In this document: piece after piece, positions 57,691 through 64,000 of the stretch
Position numbering within the stretch: position 1 is the stretch's first letter
How the letters are laid out: every line of letters starts with the position of its first letter
Source: Psilocybe cubensis
Taxonomy: Eukaryota
Assembly: GCA_017499595.2 (NCBI GenBank)
Contig: CM039004.1
Coordinates: 2,046,001-2,110,000 of the forward strand
Direction: 5' to 3'
DNA length: 64,000 bases
Translations under genes and position numbers: made by a program
The notes under the pieces: generated by a model
Databases searched by the model: none
What the model saw: the letters and a program-made list of their open reading frames with translations, nothing else
What the model was told of the DNA's origin: nothing

Positions 57691-60600
57691 CCGCCTATCT
57701 CCAGTCTAAAGGGATATGGTGCATTGTCAGCGGTGCTAGAGCACAGCCAACGCTCTCAGACAAGACTACTGCTCAGGAGGAAGCTTTGCTTGAAACCTAC
57801 TTTGAGCAGAGAGACAAAGCATGTGGTTTGATCTATCTCAGTTTGGAGAATGATCAGAGGGTTCATGTGGAAGCCATCAAGGATGATCCTATCAAGATGT
57901 GGGATGCCCTCGCTGCTGTACATCAGCAAAAGCGCCCTGGCAACCGCTTTAATGCATATGATGATCTGTTCTCAATCCGAAAGGAGGAAGGTGAAAACCT
58001 TCAAACCCTGATCAATAGAGTTGAGCAAGCCATGTTGCTAATTCAGCAGCTTCGCCCTAAGGGGTTTGATCTGGCTAAGCTTGATGAAGAGCTTGCTTCG
58101 CTTGCTCTGGTCAGGGCACTCCCAGAAGAGTACAGTTCATTTGCATCCTCACTTCTCCTTTTGGACAAGTTGGACAAGGCTACAATTCATCAAGCCTTTG
58201 TCACAGAGGACATACAGCGACGTCGCCGCGCTTCGGAGTTGCCTGCACTCGCCACCGCGTTCCAAACCGCTCCAGCCCCTTCTGCATCCAAGCCCAAGTG
58301 CGCATTTTGTGATATGACCAACCATGCAATGGACAAGTGTCACAAGTTTATTGCTGCGCAAAAGGATGCGAAGGAGCGTGTCAAAGCGGCTCGCAAAGGC
58401 AATAGAGCGCACAAGGCCTCAGAGGCATCCAGTGAGGAAAAAGAGTCCAAGGACATGGAATTTGCTGGAAATGCAAGTGCTCTTAATACCAATGTTCCCT
58501 CTTCCATTTCACCCCAAACTAATGACGATTGGATTGCAGACACAGGGGCGACTTCTCATATGACGCCCCATCGCAATTGGGTTAGAAATTACACCCCCCT
58601 TCGCATTCCAATCCGATTAGCAGATGAACGAGTTATTTATTCTGCAGGGGTGGGCACTGTGTTCTTTGAACCAGTTGTAAATGGAATCAAGTCAAGAGGC
58701 GTCGAGTTAACTAGAGTTTTACATGTACCAGATCTCCGAAACAATCTACTGTCTGTTCTATACCTCACAAAGCACAAAGGCTTCAAAATCACCATTGATG
58801 CTAATCTCATCGCAAAGGAGCTTGTCTCTTCTCTGCAGATGTTAGTACATCAAACTGCGCTTTATTGAACGGTTATACAGTTCCTATTTCGGAGTCTGCC
58901 TTTATTTCCTCCAATTCCACTCTACCCCTTGATATCAGTCTCTGGCATCGTCGCTTTGCTCATCATAGCTACACTGACATCCAGAAGATGATTAGAGAGG
59001 GTATGGTTACCGGACTCAAGCTGAATTCACAGCAACAGCCTGACCCCATTTGTGAACCTTGCCTTGCAGGCAAGATGCATTCAAACCCATTTCCTTCTTC
59101 ACCAAGCATGTCAGATGTTCCGCTTGCGCTTATCTTCTCAGATCTGAAAGGTCCTATCTCGCCCCCTACTCCTGAAGGCTATCGCTACTGGATAATCTTT
59201 ATTGATGACCATACAAAGAGTAGAGCTGCTGTGCTTCTTAAGCGCAAAAGCGATGCATTCAGTGCGTTTCAAACGTACAAAGCATGGGCTGAGAACAAAT
59301 TAGGCTTTAAGATCACAGCGCTGCAGGATGACAAAGCTGGTGAATACATGTCAAATGCTTTCATCAAATTCACTGACCAGTGTGGCATTGAGCGTCGTCA
59401 TACAACGCGAAATCGCCCACAACAGAACGGAGTTGCAGAGCATGCAAATCGCACCATGGCAGAACATGTTACTTCCATGCTCAATGAGGCTCGTGTACCA
59501 CCTTCGTTTTGGGGTCGCTGTGTTGCAGCATACATGCATGTATGGAATCGTGTTCCTACAGCTCCTTTACCGGACAAGACTCCGTATGAAAGCTGGAATA
59601 AGCGCAAACCTGATGTTAGTCATTTGAGGGTTTGGGGTTGTCTTGCATATGTTTATGTTCAGGGAGATAAGCGCAAATCGTTGCAGCCTCATATGGAGAA
59701 GTGTATCTTTGTTGGGTATCCTACTGGGTACAAGGGCTGGGAGTTTTACAACCCACGCACCAAAAGGTTCATTATCTCAGAGAGAGCTGATTTCGACGAA
59801 AGGTGCTTCCCTGGGGTGTCCACTGGCCCTATGCCAAAGTTTGACCTTCTTCCCACTTCTTCTGCAAGTGCACCACCTCCCAATTCAGGGGGGGACTCTA
59901 ATGGCTTCAATTTTGATGATGATGAGGATGACTCTACTCCAAGTCCTGTCATTGAGCCAGAAGTGCCTATTGCGCCTCCTGAACAGCCAGCTGAACCGCC
60001 ACAGCCTGAGGCCGTTCCTGCACCTCCTCCTAAGCCTGCACGCCGCCAGCGTGCTCCAGTTGATCCTGCAACGTTAAGACGCACTACTCGCGTTCCTAAG
60101 CAGCCTGGTGAATGGTGGAAGGTCTCACATGATCCTGAACCTTCTGAAGCCAATGATCCTGGATTTGAAGAGGTGGAGTTTGCTGGGCTTGTTTCAAGCG
60201 CAGATCCGCGCACATTCAAACAGGCAATGAAAGCGCCTGATGCGCACATGTGGGAAGAGGCTGCTAACACAGAATTCAATCTGTTGCAGCACAATCAAAC
60301 TTGGGAGCGAGTTGAGCTCCCTCCGGGTCAAAAGGCAATTGGCTGTGGTTGGGTCTTTAAAATCAAGCGAAATGCAGATGGCAGTATAGAGCGCTACAAG
60401 GCTCGTATTGTTGCCAAGGGCTACAGTCAGCGCCCTGGCATTGATTACCATGAGGTCTTTGCTCCTACTTTCCGCCCTGCTACTTTCCGCTTGATTGTGG
60501 CTCTGGCCGCCATTGGAGACTTGAAGTTGCGCTCTGTTGATATTACAGCTGCTTTCACTAAAGGTGACCTTGACGAGGAGATTTACATGTTACAACCTGA

Positions 60601-62202
60601 AGGATTTCACCAAGGTGGTCCTAACATGGTTTTGAAACTCAAAAAGTCGCTCTATGGTCTTAAGCAGTCTGCACGTCAATGGAACCTCAAGTTGCATGAG
60701 GCATTGTCAGATATGGGGTTCAAGCGTATAGAATCAGATCGCTCTGTCTACATCTATTCGGATGGAGATGTAAAGATTATTGTTCCCATTTACATTGATG
60801 ACATTACCTTTGCCTCCAAATCGGACACTGCCATAGATAGAGCTGTTAAGCAGCTAGCTGCGCATTTTAAACTCCGTGATCTGGGTCCTACACAGTATTT
60901 ACTTGGTGTTGCCATTGAGCGAGATATGGCTGCTAAAACCATTTCCTTGCATCAGCGTCAGTATATCCTCGATATGCTTAATACATATGGCATGACTGAT
61001 TCTAATCCGGTCAAAACACCTATGGCTGTGGGCACTGTTCTTTCCAAGGCAGATGGACCTCAGAATGGAGATGAGGTGGAATTTATGCGAAATGTTCCCT
61101 ACCTCAATGCAGTTGGCTCTTTGCAGTATCTAGCCACCATGACCCGTCCTGACATTGCTTTTACTGTGTCCTATCTGGCATGCTTCAACTCCAATCCTGG
61201 GCCTAAGCATTGGGCTGCGGTTAAACATTTATTCAGCTACCTCAGAGGCACTCTGGATTACAAGTTGACTTATTCTGGCGCTATGGGCCATGATAACTTT
61301 GTTACCTACACTGATGCTGCACATGGTGATTGTGTAGATACTGGACGCTCTACGAGTGGTTATTTGACCGTTCTAGCTGGAGGTGCTATTGGCTGGGCAA
61401 GCAAACTCCAAACTGTTGTAACTCTGTCTACTACTGAGGCAGAGTACATTGCTGCGGTGGAGGCAGCCAAGGAAATTGTGTGGATGCGCAATATCCTTGA
61501 GGAGTTTGGCTACACAGTCACTGAGCCCTCTGTGCTGCATATGGACAACCAGTCATCTATTAGTGTTTCCAAGAATCCAGAGCACCATGGACGGATGAAG
61601 CACCTTGATTTGCGCTATTATTGGCTTAGGGATGCTGTTAATGTTGGAAAGATTTCTCCTTCTTATATTCCTACTGATCAGCAAGTTGCTGATATTCTTA
61701 CCAAACCCCTCTCACCTCCTAAAGTGGACTTTTGTAGAGATAAAATGGGTCTCAAACTTTAATCTTTCTTTTTCTGTTTTGCTTTATTTTTCTTTGTTCT
61801 GGAGACTTGTCAGAACAGGGAGGAGTGTTAAAACTGCTCTCTATGTCTCCCTCACTTTGCTATCTTATCAGATTAGATTACTTTCTTCTTATCTTCATTT
61901 GCTCTCCAGACCATTCTAGACACATGATATTTATCAGTCCATAGACTGGTCTGGACCGGACCAGAGAGACCTAGGTAGACCAGAGTACTTGAGTCTACAC
62001 AGTATATAGTCACTCTAGTTTACATCCTGAAGTCCCCAGTTACTCACTTCGGACTTCAGGTTAGTTTGTTAGCACTTTGCTCAATTCACTCAGTTACTCA
62101 CTTCGGACTTCAGACGCTTTGTGCTCGCTTATCCCTGCGCCCTACGTTCTATAACTAGGTCGCCGAGTAGCTCACACTGCCCCGAGCTCGCCTGCTTCAA
62201 CA
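57690..62202 (+). mobile_element. Copia element B, same family as A, lacking its 5' LTR and gag start
   Basis: Begins abruptly at gag TAYLQSKG; gag-PR to 58868, pol 58865-61762, PPT agggaggag, 377 bp LTR 61826-62202. Confidence 0.93.
58865..61762 (+). CDS. pol: Copia B pol (965 aa open frame)
   Basis: Nearly identical to 50109-53006 with the same motifs. Confidence 0.92.
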   Translation: MNGYTVPISESAFISSNSTLPLDISLWHRRFAHHSYTDIQKMIREGMVTGLKLNSQQQPDPICEPCLAGKMHSNPFPSSPSMSDVPLALIFSDLKGPISPPTPEGYRYWIIFIDDHTKSRAAVLLKRKSDAFSAFQTYKAWAENKLGFKITALQDDKAGEYMSNAFIKFTDQCGIERRHTTRNRPQQNGVAEHANRTMAEHVTSMLNEARVPPSFWGRCVAAYMHVWNRVPTAPLPDKTPYESWNKRKPDVSHLRVWGCLAYVYVQGDKRKSLQPHMEKCIFVGYPTGYKGWEFYNPRTKRFIISERADFDERCFPGVSTGPMPKFDLLPTSSASAPPPNSGGDSNGFNFDDDEDDSTPSPVIEPEVPIAPPEQPAEPPQPEAVPAPPPKPARRQRAPVDPATLRRTTRVPKQPGEWWKVSHDPEPSEANDPGFEEVEFAGLVSSADPRTFKQAMKAPDAHMWEEAANTEFNLLQHNQTWERVELPPGQKAIGCGWVFKIKRNADGSIERYKARIVAKGYSQRPGIDYHEVFAPTFRPATFRLIVALAAIGDLKLRSVDITAAFTKGDLDEEIYMLQPEGFHQGGPNMVLKLKKSLYGLKQSARQWNLKLHEALSDMGFKRIESDRSVYIYSDGDVKIIVPIYIDDITFASKSDTAIDRAVKQLAAHFKLRDLGPTQYLLGVAIERDMAAKTISLHQRQYILDMLNTYGMTDSNPVKTPMAVGTVLSKADGPQNGDEVEFMRNVPYLNAVGSLQYLATMTRPDIAFTVSYLACFNSNPGPKHWAAVKHLFSYLRGTLDYKLTYSGAMGHDNFVTYTDAAHGDCVDTGRSTSGYLTVLAGGAIGWASKLQTVVTLSTTEAEYIAAVEAAKEIVWMRNILEEFGYTVTEPSVLHMDNQSSISVSKNPEHHGRMKHLDLRYYWLRDAVNVGKISPSYIPTDQQVADILTKPLSPPKVDFCRDKMGLKL

Positions 62203-63400
62203 ACTTGAGATTATATTGACATATAGACTGCTTAAATAAAAGCAGTTGTAATATCAACATCACATAACTTCAAGTCTCCAATGGCGGCCAGAGCCACAAT
62301 CAAGCGGAAAATGGCAGGACAGAAAGTAGGAGCAAAGACTTCATGGTAATCAACACCAGGGCACTAACTATAGCCCTTGGCAATGATATAAGCCTTGTAG
62401 CACTCTATACTACTACCATTTGCATTTTGCTTGATTTTAAATACCCAATCACAGCCAATTGTCTTTTGACCCAGAGAGAACTCAACTCATTTCCAAGTTT
62501 GGTTGTGCTGCAACAGATTGAATTCTGTATTAGCAGCCTCTTTCCACATTTGCACATTAAGTGCTTTTATGGCCTGCTTAAATGTGCATAAATCTGTGCT
62601 TGAAACAATCCCAGCAAACACCACCTTTTTAAATCCAGGATTATTGGCTTTAGGTGGTTTAAGATCATGTAAGACCTTTCATCATTCACCAGATTGCTTA
62701 GGAATACAAATAGTGCGTCTCAGCATTGCAGAATCCACTAGAGCATACTGGCAATGTGCAGACTTAGGACGAGGTGCAGAAATGGGTGACTGGGTTGTAA
62801 AATTCTTAGTTTTTATATTCAGTAAGATACCCAACAAAGATACACTTTGCCATATGAGGTAGCAATGATTTGCACTTATTTCTCTATATATAAACATATG
62901 CAAGGCAATTCCAAACCCTCAAATGACAAACATTGGGTTTGCATTTATTTCAGCTCTTGTATGGAGTCTTGTATAGTAAAAAAACTGTAGGAATGCAATT
63001 CCATATATGTATGTATCCTGCAATATAACAACCCCAAACAAAGATGGTATATGAGCCTCATTGAGCATGGAAGTAACATATTTTACCATAGTGCAATTTG
63101 CATGCTCTGCAACTCTGTTCTGTTGTGGGCAATTTTGCATTGTATGATGACACTCAATACCACACTGATCAGTAAATTTAATGAAAGCATTTGACATGTA
63201 TTCACTAGTTTTGTCATCCTGTAGTACTTTGATCTTAAAGCCTAATTTGCTCTCAGCCCATGCTTTGGATGTTTGGAACATATTAAATGCATTGCTTTTG
63301 CGCTTAAGAAGCACATCAGCTCTACTTTTTGTATGGTTATCAATAAAGGTTATCTAGGAGTTGGAGGCCAGATAGGTCTTTTATATCTGACAAAATAATG
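62203..63400 (-). mobile_element. Older decayed copy (C) of the same Copia family: integrase and RT start
   Basis: MLLKRKSNAFNMFQTSKAWAE... at 63314-62919 and RT-like sequence at 62240-62640, with stops and an internal deletion near 62780. Confidence 0.85.
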
Positions 63401-63407
63401 CAAACAA

Positions 63408-63785
63408 TGCTAAAACTGCTTTCTGTGTTTTCCTCATATTGCTATCTTATCAGATTAGATTACTTTCTTTTTTATTTTCATTTGCTCTCTAGACCATTCT
63501 AAACATAAGATATTTATCAGTCCATAGACTAGTCTGGACCAGACCAGAATAGATTTAGATAGACTGGAGTACTTAAATCTATACAGTATATGCTCACTCT
63601 AGTTTACATCTTGAAGTCCTAGTTACTTACTTTGGACCTTAGGTTAGTTTGTTAGAACTTTGCTCAATTCACCTAGTTACTTACTTTGGACTTCAGATGC
63701 TTTGTGCTTGTTTATCCCTGTACCCTATGTTTTATAATTAGATTGCCAAGTAGCTCACACTATTCCAAGCTCCCTTGCTTCAATA
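63408..63785 (+). repeat. Decayed LTR of the Copia A/B family
   Basis: tgctaaaactgct...cttgcttcaata aligns to 61826-62202 with many C>T and G>A changes. Confidence 0.85.
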
Positions 63786-64000
63786 GCATTAGCTGTGTCT
63801 TTGTCAAATTGTTTTCCATATGATTAAGTTGCAGTTTATTGCTGGTAGCAACACTAGTATTTTAATGATACATTTAAGACAATACCTATGTGACTACTGT
63901 GTGATTGGTCACTCTTCTGCCAGCTGCGCATCTCAACTGCTTTCACTTGTCATTGTTGCTTTCTCCGCCTCCAGTTACTTTCTGCCACTCAATGTTAACA

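Overview
Eukaryotic, transposon-dense DNA, most likely from a basidiomycete fungus (inference from short GT-AG introns with CTRAY-type branch sites, a fungal LINE, Gypsy and Copia elements, and frequent CpG>TpG decay). No housekeeping gene, rRNA, tRNA or CRISPR is recognisable. 0.95-7.85 kb: three intron-containing genes of unknown function (one with a WFRN homeodomain-like helix, one with a Zn2Cys6-like motif, one with an 18x PPPMP repeat) that look like cargo of a large DNA element. 8.2-19.7 kb (-) and 27.0-45.1 kb (+): two near-identical, dead Ty3/Gypsy copies with 1.64 kb LTRs that begin with TA, plus a solo LTR at 21.0-22.6 kb. A full-length LINE sits inside the 5' LTR of the second Gypsy and is itself interrupted by a 452 bp solo LTR. 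47.5-63.8 kb: Ty1/Copia elements (one complete with TSD, one inside a fold-back inverted duplication, several relics). Most interesting: a 1.58 kb miniature LTR element (277 bp LTRs, ACTAT TSD, PPT, Tf1-like self-priming site) whose only ORF, 298 aa when rejoined, encodes a KH RNA-binding domain and no recognisable capsid or Pol. A Gypsy insertion split it inside the KH GxxG loop, and its halves now lie 25 kb apart on opposite strands, which records an inversion (or a misassembly) between the two Gypsy copies. All alignments and counts were done by eye.
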